A stretch of DNA of 64,000 bases from Candidatus Omnitrophota bacterium (GTDB lineage Bacteria > Omnitrophota > Gorgyraeia > Zapsychrales > Fredricksoniimonadaceae): NCBI GenBank assembly GCA_903860135.1, contig CAIOPG010000014.1, positions 23,180 through 87,179 of the forward strand, written 5' to 3'. This document shows, in pieces, positions 18,851 through 29,037 of the stretch (the stretch's first letter is position 1; every line of letters begins with the position of its first letter). The translations under genes and the position numbers were made by a program. The notes beneath the pieces were generated by a model. The model did not search any database. It saw only the letters and a list, made by a program, of their open reading frames with translations, and had not been told where the DNA came from.

Positions 18851-21328
18851 TCACACCACAATGCTCACCAGCTTATTAGGAATCACAATGAACTTCCTGA
18901 CCTCTTTGCCGGCGATATGACGCTGGACAGCTTCATCAGCGAGGACGAGCGGGCGAAGGAGTTTTTCATCGGCGTCGCGCGGGACCACGAACTCGGCGCG
19001 CACCTTGCCATTGACCTGGGCGGCGATCCTGACCGTATCGGTCCTGAGCGCATCCTCGACATAGACCGGCCACGGGATAAAGGCAATGGATGTGACCGCC
19101 TTACCCATCATCTGCCAAAGCTCTTCGGCGGCATGCGGGATAAAGGGCGCTAAAAGAAGAACAGCGGTCTCAAGGGCTTCGTTGAGAATGGACTGCTTAT
19201 ACTGAATATCAATAGAGAATTTATATTTATCTACCGCGTTCATCAGAACCATCACCGCCGAGATCGCGGTATTGAACTTGAACCCGCCCTCCATGCTTTC
19301 CGTGACTTTCTTGACGGCCGTATGCCGTTCAAACTGCAACACTTTATCATCAGCGTCCATCACAGCACCCGCGGCGACATTGGTAGCCTTGTAACGCGTT
19401 TCCACAGCTCCCCAGACGCGATTAATAAACTTCCAGCTTCCCTCAAGCCCCGACGGATTCCATTCGAGCTGATCTTCCGGCGGGGCGACAAACAAAATAA
19501 ATAGACGCAAGGTGTCAGCGCCGAAACGGGCAATGACCTCGTCGGGATCAACGATGTTCCCGCGCGATTTGGACATGACCTCGCCGTCTTTTAATACCAT
19601 CCCCTGCGTCAACAGGCGGTCAAAGGGTTCATCGACCGCAACCAGGCCGATATCCCGGAGGAATTTCGTGAAGAACCTGGAATACAGCAAATGCAAGATC
19701 GCATGCTCGATGCCGCCGACATACTGATCAACGGGCATCCAGTAGGCCGCTTCTTTCACATCGAAGATTTCTTTATCATTATGCGCTGAGCAATAACGCA
19801 GGAAATACCATGACGAATCAAAGAATGTGGCCATCGTATCCGTCTCACGGCGCGCCGCTTTGCCGCACGCCGGGCATGCCACTTCAACGAAAGCCTTGAC
19901 CTTGGCCAAAGGACTGCCACCCTCCCCGGTGATCGGCGCATCGACCGGCAGTCGGACCGGCAATTGATCCACAGGCACCGGCACCACCCCGCACGCCGGG
20001 CAATAGATCATGGGGATCGGCGTACCCCAATAACGCTGACGGGAAATAAGCCAGTCGCGCAAGCGCCAGTGAACACTCACCCGCCCCATGCCCTTATCGC
20101 TCATCCAGGCCGCGATCTTGCCCTTAGCTTCCTCATTGGGTATGCCATCAAAATCACCCGAACCCGTCAACTTGCCCTCGCTCTCATGGGCCGCAGACAT
20201 TTGCTCCGGCGTCATACCCGGATGCGTCGCATCTTCAATCACCACCCGCATCGCCAGGCCATGCGCCCGCGCAAATTCAAAGTCACGCTGGTCATGCGTC
20301 GGGACCGCCATGATCGCACCCGTGCCATAAGCCATGAGGACATAATCCCCGATCCACACCGGGATCGTTGCCCCATTGACCGGATTAACCGCATATGCCC
20401 CCGTAAAAACACCTTCCTTGCGCTCCTCGCCGGACATGCGCGGTGATTTTGAAACCTGAATAGATTTGTCAATGAACGCCGTCACCGCCGCTTCCTGGGC
20501 AGTACCCAACGATAACTTGCGTGCCAGAGGATGCTCGGGTGCCAGCGTCACATACGTTGCCCCGAAAATAGTATCCGGGCGCGTCGTGAAGACCGTGATC
20601 ACATCGTCCCCGCCCTTGACCTTGAAAAATATCTCACAACCGTAACTCTTGCCGATCCAGTTTTCCTGCATGGCCACCACACGGGCAGGCCAATTATTTA
20701 GTGTCTTTAAATCCGCAAGAAGCTCCTCGGCATAATGCGTGATCTTCAGATACCACTGGTTCAGGTCTTTCTGAACAACCGCTTCTTTGCAACGCCAGCA
20801 GGCGCCGTCGATGACTTCTTCATTGGCCAGCGTCGTTGCACAGGACGGGCACCAGTTGACCGGCGAGCTTTTCTTGTACGCCAGCCCTTGCTCGACCATC
20901 TTCAAGAATATCCACTGGTTCCATTTATAATAGGTATCATCACACGTCGCGAACTCACGGTCCCAGTCATACGAAAAACCCATCTTCCGCAATCCCGCAC
21001 GCATGTCATCGATGCACTTGTACGTCCATTCCGACGGCGATGTGTTGCGTTTTATCGCCGCGTTCTCGGCCGGCTGGCCAAAGGCGTCATAGCCCATCGG
21101 ATGCAGGACATTGTGCCCGCGCATCATCTTGTACCGCGCGATAACATCCGTGATCGTATAATTACGCACATGCCCCATGTGGATCTTCCCCGACGGATAA
21201 GGGAACATCTCAAGGACATAATATTTCTTTTTAGCGGGATCCGGCACGGCCCTGAAAATCTTGTTCACTGCCCAGTAAGCCTGCCATTTTTCTTCAACAC
21301 GCCTGATATCATTGGTTGTATACGGCAT
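18851..21328 (-). CDS. leuS: Leucine--tRNA ligase
   Basis: HIGH (PYPSGKIHMGHVRNY) and KMSKS (VMSKS) motifs. Start taken at MPYTTNDIRR. Confidence 0.95.
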   Translation of the reverse strand: MPYTTNDIRRVEEKWQAYWAVNKIFRAVPDPAKKKYYVLEMFPYPSGKIHMGHVRNYTITDVIARYKMMRGHNVLHPMGYDAFGQPAENAAIKRNTSPSEWTYKCIDDMRAGLRKMGFSYDWDREFATCDDTYYKWNQWIFLKMVEQGLAYKKSSPVNWCPSCATTLANEEVIDGACWRCKEAVVQKDLNQWYLKITHYAEELLADLKTLNNWPARVVAMQENWIGKSYGCEIFFKVKGGDDVITVFTTRPDTIFGATYVTLAPEHPLARKLSLGTAQEAAVTAFIDKSIQVSKSPRMSGEERKEGVFTGAYAVNPVNGATIPVWIGDYVLMAYGTGAIMAVPTHDQRDFEFARAHGLAMRVVIEDATHPGMTPEQMSAAHESEGKLTGSGDFDGIPNEEAKGKIAAWMSDKGMGRVSVHWRLRDWLISRQRYWGTPIPMIYCPACGVVPVPVDQLPVRLPVDAPITGEGGSPLAKVKAFVEVACPACGKAARRETDTMATFFDSSWYFLRYCSAHNDKEIFDVKEAAYWMPVDQYVGGIEHAILHLLYSRFFTKFLRDIGLVAVDEPFDRLLTQGMVLKDGEVMSKSRGNIVDPDEVIARFGADTLRLFILFVAPPEDQLEWNPSGLEGSWKFINRVWGAVETRYKATNVAAGAVMDADDKVLQFERHTAVKKVTESMEGGFKFNTAISAVMVLMNAVDKYKFSIDIQYKQSILNEALETAVLLLAPFIPHAAEELWQMMGKAVTSIAFIPWPVYVEDALRTDTVRIAAQVNGKVRAEFVVPRDADEKLLRPLVLADEAVQRHIAGKEVRKFIVIPNKLVSIVV

Positions 21329-21335
21329 ACGATCC

Positions 21336-21881
21336 TTAGATTGAATTGATACAATAAAGTCGATTATCATCGAGTTTATAATAAAATGGCGCGACCTTCA
21401 CCTTCGGGTAACGCTTGCGCAGGCGCTGGGCCTCGCTGTAAACGAACTCGATCCCGTTCTCAATCTCGTGCATGAGCGCGAGGTTCATGAAATGTTCCTG
21501 CGCCCGTTCGCGCGTCCAGCCCGCCCTTTCGACAAGGCCGTCGATAAATTCCTGTTTGCGCGCCACAATATTGACCATGCCGCAATTGGTGTGCGCAATG
21601 AGCGCAATATGCCCGACCTTGCCGACGGCAATGGCATACGAAACCTTGAACTCACTGTAACGCAAATTTGCCCCGCCCGAACGGATGATAAACGCAAAAT
21701 TATCCGGCATATGCAGGTGCTTGCGATTATCCATGCACATCCCGATCAACAGCTTGGCCTCGGCATAAGTCTCAAACTTGCGGTCAAGGTTATGATACTC
21801 CAGCAAGTCCGCAAAAGGCGTCCGGCGCATTGCCGCAGGGATATCTTTTTTGGTATTTACAGGAACAAGTTTTAATTGCAT
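21336..21881 (-). CDS. Beta-class carbonic anhydrase
   Basis: Zinc-ligand motifs CMDNR and HTNCG at the spacing expected for beta-CA. Confidence 0.7.
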   Translation of the reverse strand: MQLKLVPVNTKKDIPAAMRRTPFADLLEYHNLDRKFETYAEAKLLIGMCMDNRKHLHMPDNFAFIIRSGGANLRYSEFKVSYAIAVGKVGHIALIAHTNCGMVNIVARKQEFIDGLVERAGWTRERAQEHFMNLALMHEIENGIEFVYSEAQRLRKRYPKVKVAPFYYKLDDNRLYCINSI

Positions 21882-21900
21882 ACATACCCTTTTGGAATTG

Positions 21901-22167
21901 TTAAAAACTCGACAGCACAAATGCCGCCAGGATAATGATCCCCACCGTCACCCACACCCATTTCATCCCCGCACTGCGCATAACCCCCAACACCCCGCCC
22001 GATGAATGACGGTTCAAGCTGTTGCCGCAAAAATGACACAACAACGCATCTTCGTCATAAACCGAATTCTTGCAGTGAGGGCAAATGATGTCGGACATGG
22101 GGGGTATATTAGCATACCAATAGAGGAACGGACAAGCTAAACCAACGTCAATATAGGACGACGACAA
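21901..22167 (-). CDS. Zinc-ribbon membrane protein
   Basis: CPHCKN...CHFCGN zinc ribbon followed by one C-terminal TM helix. The true start may be the internal Met (MSDIICPHC, about 22098). Confidence 0.45.
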   Translation of the reverse strand: MSSSYIDVGLACPFLYWYANIPPMSDIICPHCKNSVYDEDALLCHFCGNSLNRHSSGGVLGVMRSAGMKWVWVTVGIIILAAFVLSSF

Positions 22168-23298
22168 CTATGAGCGGAATTTCTTCCAACTGAAGATAAT
22201 ACACCCCGCCATCACCCCACTCGAAATATAATTAACCCATACCGGCATCCCGGCCATATGGTGCGGGAGCATGAAGAGCGTTCCGGGTGTTCCCCAAAAC
22301 CCCCATGCCACGTTGAAAAGGGCGCCCATGGCCAGTGCCGCCAGCGCAAGGGACACCATAAAGATGAGCATGGACTTGATGCCAAATTCCCGGGCCATGA
22401 CAGCAAAAGAAACCGCATTCGTCGCCGGCCCCGTGATCAGAAATACAAAAGCAGCACCCGGATTAAGGCCCTTCATCATCAGGGCCGCCACAACAGGGAT
22501 AGAACCGGTAGAACACACATACATCGGGATGCCAATGACCAGCATGATCAGCATGGACAACCAGGGTTTGCCGAGATAATGCTCAACCAGTGACGCCGGC
22601 ACAAAATATGTGATCACCCCACCAATAAAAATGCCCAGCACGATGGAGCGACCGGAATCTTTCAGGAGGTCATAAAAACCATACTGCAGGGCCTGGCGTA
22701 ACTTCGCCCCCACGCTCGCCTTGTGCGCCGCGCAGCAGGCCTTTTCCTCAGGAGGCTTCTCCGCGCAACAACAGCCATCCGCCTCAGTCCCTTCTTTTTC
22801 ACCGTCACGACGAACATCCGGCACCAGCAGCGCAGCCGCCCCCACGATCATGGCCACCAGGAATGTCGCCAGCACACGAAACCCCGCAAAGAATCCGCCG
22901 AGCAACGCGAATGTTGCCAGGATTGAATCCACCCCCGTTGTCGGCGTTGATATCATAAATGAACACAAGGCCGCCTTCGATGCGCCCTGCTTCCTTAATC
23001 CTAGCATCATCGGAATCACGCCGCACGAGCACACCGGCAAGGGTATCCCCAACAACGACGCCTTAATGATCGCCTTAAAATCATGCCGCCCCAAATGCCG
23101 CGCCACCAGATCTTCGCGCAAAAAGACCTTGAGCAGTCCCGCCGCCAGGAAGCCAAAAACCAGGTACGGCGACATGTCATTAATAAGCCCAAGTGAAGCC
23201 GTCATGAGACCGGTGAATGTATGCACAATAACCTCCTGGAAGTAATGCATAACTATAACACAACTATCCCAGATGAAAAATAGAATGGATGGCAACAC
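22168..23298 (-). CDS. Predicted permease of the DUF318/ArsP-like family with a Cys-rich cytoplasmic loop
   Basis: Polytopic protein with an LPVCSCGVIP motif (compare the TPFCSC motif of ArsP-type permeases). A CAEKPPEEKACCAAHKA metal-binding-like loop sits mid-protein. Confidence 0.65.
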   Translation of the reverse strand: MLPSILFFIWDSCVIVMHYFQEVIVHTFTGLMTASLGLINDMSPYLVFGFLAAGLLKVFLREDLVARHLGRHDFKAIIKASLLGIPLPVCSCGVIPMMLGLRKQGASKAALCSFMISTPTTGVDSILATFALLGGFFAGFRVLATFLVAMIVGAAALLVPDVRRDGEKEGTEADGCCCAEKPPEEKACCAAHKASVGAKLRQALQYGFYDLLKDSGRSIVLGIFIGGVITYFVPASLVEHYLGKPWLSMLIMLVIGIPMYVCSTGSIPVVAALMMKGLNPGAAFVFLITGPATNAVSFAVMAREFGIKSMLIFMVSLALAALAMGALFNVAWGFWGTPGTLFMLPHHMAGMPVWVNYISSGVMAGCIIFSWKKFRS

Positions 23299-23302
23299 TA
23301 AT

Positions 23303-23335
23303 AAAAAAACCTGGCTTTAGGCCAGGCTTTTTTAT
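23303..23335. terminator. Bidirectional intrinsic terminator (A-run, GC hairpin CCTGGC-ttta-GCCAGG, T-run)
   Basis: A perfect palindrome flanked by A7 and T7, lying between the tRNA-Asp 3' end and the permease gene. Confidence 0.7.
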
Positions 23336-23338
23336 TAA

Positions 23339-23415
23339 TGGCGGGGTCGACGGGACTTGAACCCGCGATCTCCAGCGTGACAAGCTGATATGTTAACCAA
23401 CTACACCACGACCCC
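23339..23415 (-). tRNA. tRNA-Asp (anticodon GTC)
   Basis: Cloverleaf folded by eye. Acceptor GGGGTCG/CGACCCC, anticodon loop TTGTCAC, T-loop GGTTCAAGTCC, CCA encoded. Confidence 0.85.
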
Positions 23416-23501
23416 ATAAAGTGCTTGAAAGTGAAGCTAGTTTAGCGGTGGATATTTTCTTTGTCAAACAATTTCTCGGATCCGCCAGCTAAATTAAAAA
23501 A

Positions 23502-23576
23502 TGGTCGGTGCAGGGCTCGAACCTGCGGCCTGTTGAATGTAAATCAACTGCTCTAACCAACTGAGCTAACCGACCA
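23502..23576 (-). tRNA. tRNA-Val (anticodon TAC)
   Basis: Acceptor GGTCGGT/ACCGACC, D-arm GCTCAGTTGGTTAGAGC, anticodon loop TTTACAT, T-loop GGTTCGAGCCC. Confidence 0.85.
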
Positions 23577-23598
23577 AAATTTTCAGATGTGTATTGTA

Positions 23599-24351
23599 TC
23601 AGACACTGGCGATCTCGTCCAGAATTGACTTTGCCGCGGCCTTGGGGTCTTTGGCTTTAACAATAGGCCGTCCGATAACAAGGTAGCTTGAACCATTCCT
23701 GATCGCTGCTGACGGCGTCTCTACCCGTTTCTGGTCACCGGCATCCGCCTCAGCCGGTCTGATCCCCGGCGTCACGATCACAAAATCCTTACCCATCTGC
23801 CGGCGCAGCGCCGCCGCTTCCTGGGCCGATGCCACCACGCCGTCAAGCCCGGCTTCTTGCGCCTGCCTGGCACGCGCAAGCACCAGGGCCGGCACATCCA
23901 CACCGCCCGCATCGCTGGTCAAGACCGTCACGCCGACGATCAGAGGACGCGCTACACCCAATTCCTGACTGCGTTTCTTTGCCGCTTCGGCCGCCGCTCG
24001 CATCATCTCAACCCCGCCCTGGGTATGCACCGTGAGCATGAATAATGGCGCGAAACGCTTATCCTTGTTACCGGATGCATCAAGCGGATCATGCATTGGC
24101 ACGCTCAGCCCGACAGCCGATGCCACACCACTGGCTACCGTATTAGGAATGTCATGGAATTTCAGATCCAGAAAAACCTTTTTCCCCTGTGCCTGAAGAT
24201 AGCGCACCATGAACGGCCCATACGCCGTAAACAGCTGAAACCCGACCTTGTACACCTCCACGGCATCACCCAGCGTTTCAACAATCACCCGCGCCTCTTC
24301 AAACGTCGGCACATCCAGCGCCAGGATCAATTTCCCTTTAACGTCTTTCAT
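23599..24351 (-). CDS. pyrF: Orotidine 5'-phosphate decarboxylase
   Basis: Active-site region LILALDV...KVGFQLF...FLDLKFHDIPNTV. Confidence 0.9.
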   Translation of the reverse strand: MKDVKGKLILALDVPTFEEARVIVETLGDAVEVYKVGFQLFTAYGPFMVRYLQAQGKKVFLDLKFHDIPNTVASGVASAVGLSVPMHDPLDASGNKDKRFAPLFMLTVHTQGGVEMMRAAAEAAKKRSQELGVARPLIVGVTVLTSDAGGVDVPALVLARARQAQEAGLDGVVASAQEAAALRRQMGKDFVIVTPGIRPAEADAGDQKRVETPSAAIRNGSSYLVIGRPIVKAKDPKAAAKSILDEIASV

Positions 24352-25253
24352 CTTTGTATACTCCCAATAAGTTCCCGGATATCCGTCATCTTGTTTTCTT
24401 TCATATACACCCGGATACCCTCGAGGATTTCCAGGGGGGCGCGCGGATTGATGAAATTGTAAGTGCCGACGGCGACCATGGTGGCGCCGGCGATCAGGAA
24501 TTCAAGAGCATCGTTAGTGCAGGTGATGCCGCCCATGCCGATGATGGGGATCTTAACACGGGCAGCGGTTTCACAGACCATGCGCACGGCGATCGGGCGT
24601 ATGGCAGGACCGGAAAGGCCACCGGTGAAGTTGCCGATCTTTGACCGGCGCTTTTTAACATCAATGGCCATGGCCGCGAAGGTATTGACCATGCTTAGGG
24701 CGTCGGCGCCGGAAGACTCCGCCGCGAGGGCAATATCAACAATGCTCGTCACATTGGGCGACAATTTGGCGATCAGCGGATACCGTGTCACAGCTTTCAC
24801 CTGACGGATCACCGCCGCCGTGGCCTCGGCATCTTGGGCGACCAGGACTTTTTTCTGCAGGTTCGGGCAGGACAGGTTCAGCTCAACCGCCGCCACCCCG
24901 TCGGCCACATTCAACTTCTCGGCCATGAGCACAAAATCCTCCGCGCTGTGGGCTGAAATGCTCACGATCAGCGGCACGCCGATCTTTTTGAGCTTGGGCA
25001 ATTTTGTGGCGATAAAAGCATCGATCCCGGGATTCTCGATGCCGATGGCATTGATCATGCCCGCGGCAACTTCGCACATACGTCGGGGCGGATTGCCCTG
25101 CTGGGCATGGAGCGTCACGGTCTTGGGAACGATCGCACCCAGACAACGCACTTCTTTGGCCTGATACATTTCTTCACTGTGGCCGAACGTGCCCGAGGCA
25201 ACGGTCACAGGATTCGCCAACACAACATTACCGATCTTGACAGAAATATTCAT
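24348..25253 (-). CDS. pyrD: Dihydroorotate dehydrogenase, class 1B catalytic subunit
   Basis: Motif NPVTVASGTFG...GAIVPKTVTL...ENPGIDAF. Paired with the pyrK-like gene upstream. Confidence 0.9.
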   Translation of the reverse strand: MNISVKIGNVVLANPVTVASGTFGHSEEMYQAKEVRCLGAIVPKTVTLHAQQGNPPRRMCEVAAGMINAIGIENPGIDAFIATKLPKLKKIGVPLIVSISAHSAEDFVLMAEKLNVADGVAAVELNLSCPNLQKKVLVAQDAEATAAVIRQVKAVTRYPLIAKLSPNVTSIVDIALAAESSGADALSMVNTFAAMAIDVKKRRSKIGNFTGGLSGPAIRPIAVRMVCETAARVKIPIIGMGGITCTNDALEFLIAGATMVAVGTYNFINPRAPLEILEGIRVYMKENKMTDIRELIGSIQR

Positions 25254-26023
25254 CAGAACACCAATTCGTTAAGGCCGAATACCGGCCCGTCGTGGCAGAC
25301 CGTCCGGTACCCGTGCACTGTTGGAATAGAACACCCCAGGCACGCGCCCAGGCCGCACGCCATGACTTCCTCGCACGACGCCTCGCCGCGCAAATCATGC
25401 ACTTTGGCAAAGGCCTGCACCGCCGCCATCATGGGCCGCGGGCCGCAGGTGTAGATCATGGTCGCTGGGGCAAGGCGGATCTCCTTAAAAAGCTCTGATA
25501 CACGCCCTTTCACGCCCACAGATCCGTCATCGGTCGCAGTCAACACCCGAACACCATTCTTTTTAAAGTCCGTCATCGAAAATGTGTGTGCCTTGGAACG
25601 CCCACCGTAAAGGAGTAATTTCTCCGCCTTATGCACCTTGATCCTGTCGGAAAACAGCATGAACGGCGCCGCCCCGATGCCGCCACCGATAAAAACGATC
25701 TGCTTAATCCCTGCCGCCGGTGGCGTGAACGGTTTCCCCAAAGGACCAAGCACATCCAGGGTGTCGCCCCTTTTCTTCGACGTCAATAGGCGCGATCCCT
25801 TGCCCACCGGCTCAAAGAAGATCTCAACGATCCCGTCGTGCGCCCGATATACACTAAACGGCCGACGGAAAAACGGCTCAAATCCTTCCGACACCTTGAT
25901 GTGAATGAATTGCCCCGGCTTAACCACCCTGGCCAACCCCGGCGCTGCAAATGCCAGACGGAAATAAACCGGACTGACCTGCTTGAGCGCGACGACTGGA
26001 TAAGATTTTAATATGTCAGACAT
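25253..26023 (-). CDS. pyrK: Dihydroorotate dehydrogenase electron-transfer subunit (FAD/NAD(P) and 2Fe-2S)
   Basis: Ferredoxin-reductase-like fold with a C-terminal Cys cluster (CGLGACLGC). Start taken at MSDILKSY. Confidence 0.85.
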   Translation of the reverse strand: MSDILKSYPVVALKQVSPVYFRLAFAAPGLARVVKPGQFIHIKVSEGFEPFFRRPFSVYRAHDGIVEIFFEPVGKGSRLLTSKKRGDTLDVLGPLGKPFTPPAAGIKQIVFIGGGIGAAPFMLFSDRIKVHKAEKLLLYGGRSKAHTFSMTDFKKNGVRVLTATDDGSVGVKGRVSELFKEIRLAPATMIYTCGPRPMMAAVQAFAKVHDLRGEASCEEVMACGLGACLGCSIPTVHGYRTVCHDGPVFGLNELVF

Positions 26024-26092
26024 ACAAGATACCTTTGCCCCCTCCCCAACCCTCCCCACAGAGGGGGAGGGAGTTTTATTTTAGACTGCATA

Positions 26093-27379
26093 TCAATGAA
26101 CATCCTGATAAACCACTTTCCCGCCACAGATAGTCGTGTCGACACAACCTTTGAGGATCCAGCCGATGAAAGGGGAGTTCTTGGATTTTGATACAAAGTC
26201 GTCGCGGCGTACCAGCCATTCTTTTTCAAGATCCATGATAACGATATCCGCATCGCGGCCTTCGGCGATAACACCCTTGCCGGTCAAGCCGATGATGCGT
26301 GCGGGCGCGGCGGATAATTTATCAACAGCTTGCGGCAAGGTGAGAATACCAGGGATCACAAGTTCTTTCATCACAAGGCCGAAAGCAGTTTCAAGGCCGA
26401 TCAGGCCCGGCGGGGCCGCGTCAAAATCAAGTTCCTTGTCTTCCTGGGTGTGCGGGGCGTGATCGGTGGCGATGCAGTCGATCGTGCCGTCCTTAAGGCC
26501 TTCTTTAATGGCGGCCACATCGCGCGCACTGCGCAACGGCGGGGCCACCTTGGTCGCGGTATCAAAACCTTTTACGGCCTCATCGGTCAGACTAAAATGA
26601 TGCGGAGCGGCCTCGGCGGTCACCTTGAGGCCTTCATTCTTCGCCCGGCGGATAAGCTCGACCGAACGCGCGGTGCTGATGTGCATGAAATGCACCGCGG
26701 CCCCCAGATAATGCGCCAACTCAATGTCGCGCGCCACAATGACTGTTTCAGCCACCGTCGGGTCACCCTTTAATCCCAATTTCGTACAGACCAGACTTTC
26801 ATTCATCACCCCGGCCCCGGTCAACGTCGGATCCTGGCAATGCTGCATCACCAAGAGCTCCGCCATACGCGCATATTCGAGTGCCCGGCGCATCAGGCCA
26901 GCGTTCATGACCGCATTGCCGTCGTCGGTCACCGCCAGGCATCCGGCACGTTTTAGATCCATCATTTCGGTCAACTGTTCACCGCCGCGATTCTTGGTGA
27001 TCGCACCGACCGGATAAACATTCACGAGCCCGACCTTCTTCGCCTGATCAAACACAAACTGCACCACCTGCGCGGTATCCATGGCCGGCTTGGTGTTGGG
27101 CATGGCAAAGATCGACGTGAATCCGCCCTTGACCGCCGCGCGGCTGCCCGAAGCAATGGTTTCCTTGTCCTCACGCCCTGGTTCGCGCAAATGCACATGC
27201 AAGTCAATGAATCCCGGCAGGACGGCTTTGCCCGCCGCATCAATGACAACCGACCCTGCACCGGTAAGCCCCTGCCCGATCCTGGTGACCTTGCCGTCTT
27301 CAATGAGAATATCCTTGAGCCCCGGCACTTCTCCGGCGGCATTGATGATCCTGGCATTTCTGATAAGCAACATAGACAA
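26093..27379 (-). CDS. pyrC: Dihydroorotase
   Basis: Metal-binding PGFIDLHVHLREPG, and an amidohydrolase body. Confidence 0.9.
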   Translation of the reverse strand: MSMLLIRNARIINAAGEVPGLKDILIEDGKVTRIGQGLTGAGSVVIDAAGKAVLPGFIDLHVHLREPGREDKETIASGSRAAVKGGFTSIFAMPNTKPAMDTAQVVQFVFDQAKKVGLVNVYPVGAITKNRGGEQLTEMMDLKRAGCLAVTDDGNAVMNAGLMRRALEYARMAELLVMQHCQDPTLTGAGVMNESLVCTKLGLKGDPTVAETVIVARDIELAHYLGAAVHFMHISTARSVELIRRAKNEGLKVTAEAAPHHFSLTDEAVKGFDTATKVAPPLRSARDVAAIKEGLKDGTIDCIATDHAPHTQEDKELDFDAAPPGLIGLETAFGLVMKELVIPGILTLPQAVDKLSAAPARIIGLTGKGVIAEGRDADIVIMDLEKEWLVRRDDFVSKSKNSPFIGWILKGCVDTTICGGKVVYQDVH

Positions 27380-27393
27380 CCCTCGATGATGTG

Positions 27394-28886
<1,493 letters not shown>

Positions 28887-28887
28887 C

Positions 28888-28928
28888 TAAACCAAAAATC
28901 CTTCCCCCCGCGGCCGCGGAAAGAAGGA
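28888..28928 (-). terminator. pyr-operon leader attenuator terminator (GC-rich hairpin UCCUUCUUUCCGCGG/CCGCGGGGGGAAGGA followed by UUUUUGGUUU)
   Basis: The hairpin and U-run were read on the minus strand, 20-30 nt upstream of the pyrR SD (GGGAGG) and ATG. Confidence 0.7.
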
Positions 28929-28968
28929 TGTTGTTTGCCTCAATCGTTCTTATCTTCATAAGTTCCTT

Positions 28969-28994
28969 ACCGGCCTCACAGAGCCAGCTTAAAG
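28969..28994 (-). promoter_or_regulatory. Candidate PyrR-binding loop in the pyr leader (CUGGCUCUGUGAGGCC resembles the ...UCCAGAGAGGCU... consensus)
   Basis: Partial match to the PyrR box, upstream of the attenuator hairpin in transcript orientation. Confidence 0.4.
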
Positions 28995-29037
28995 GCGTTT
29001 AAAGCTGAAAGAACTATACACGGCTACCGGATGGTTG

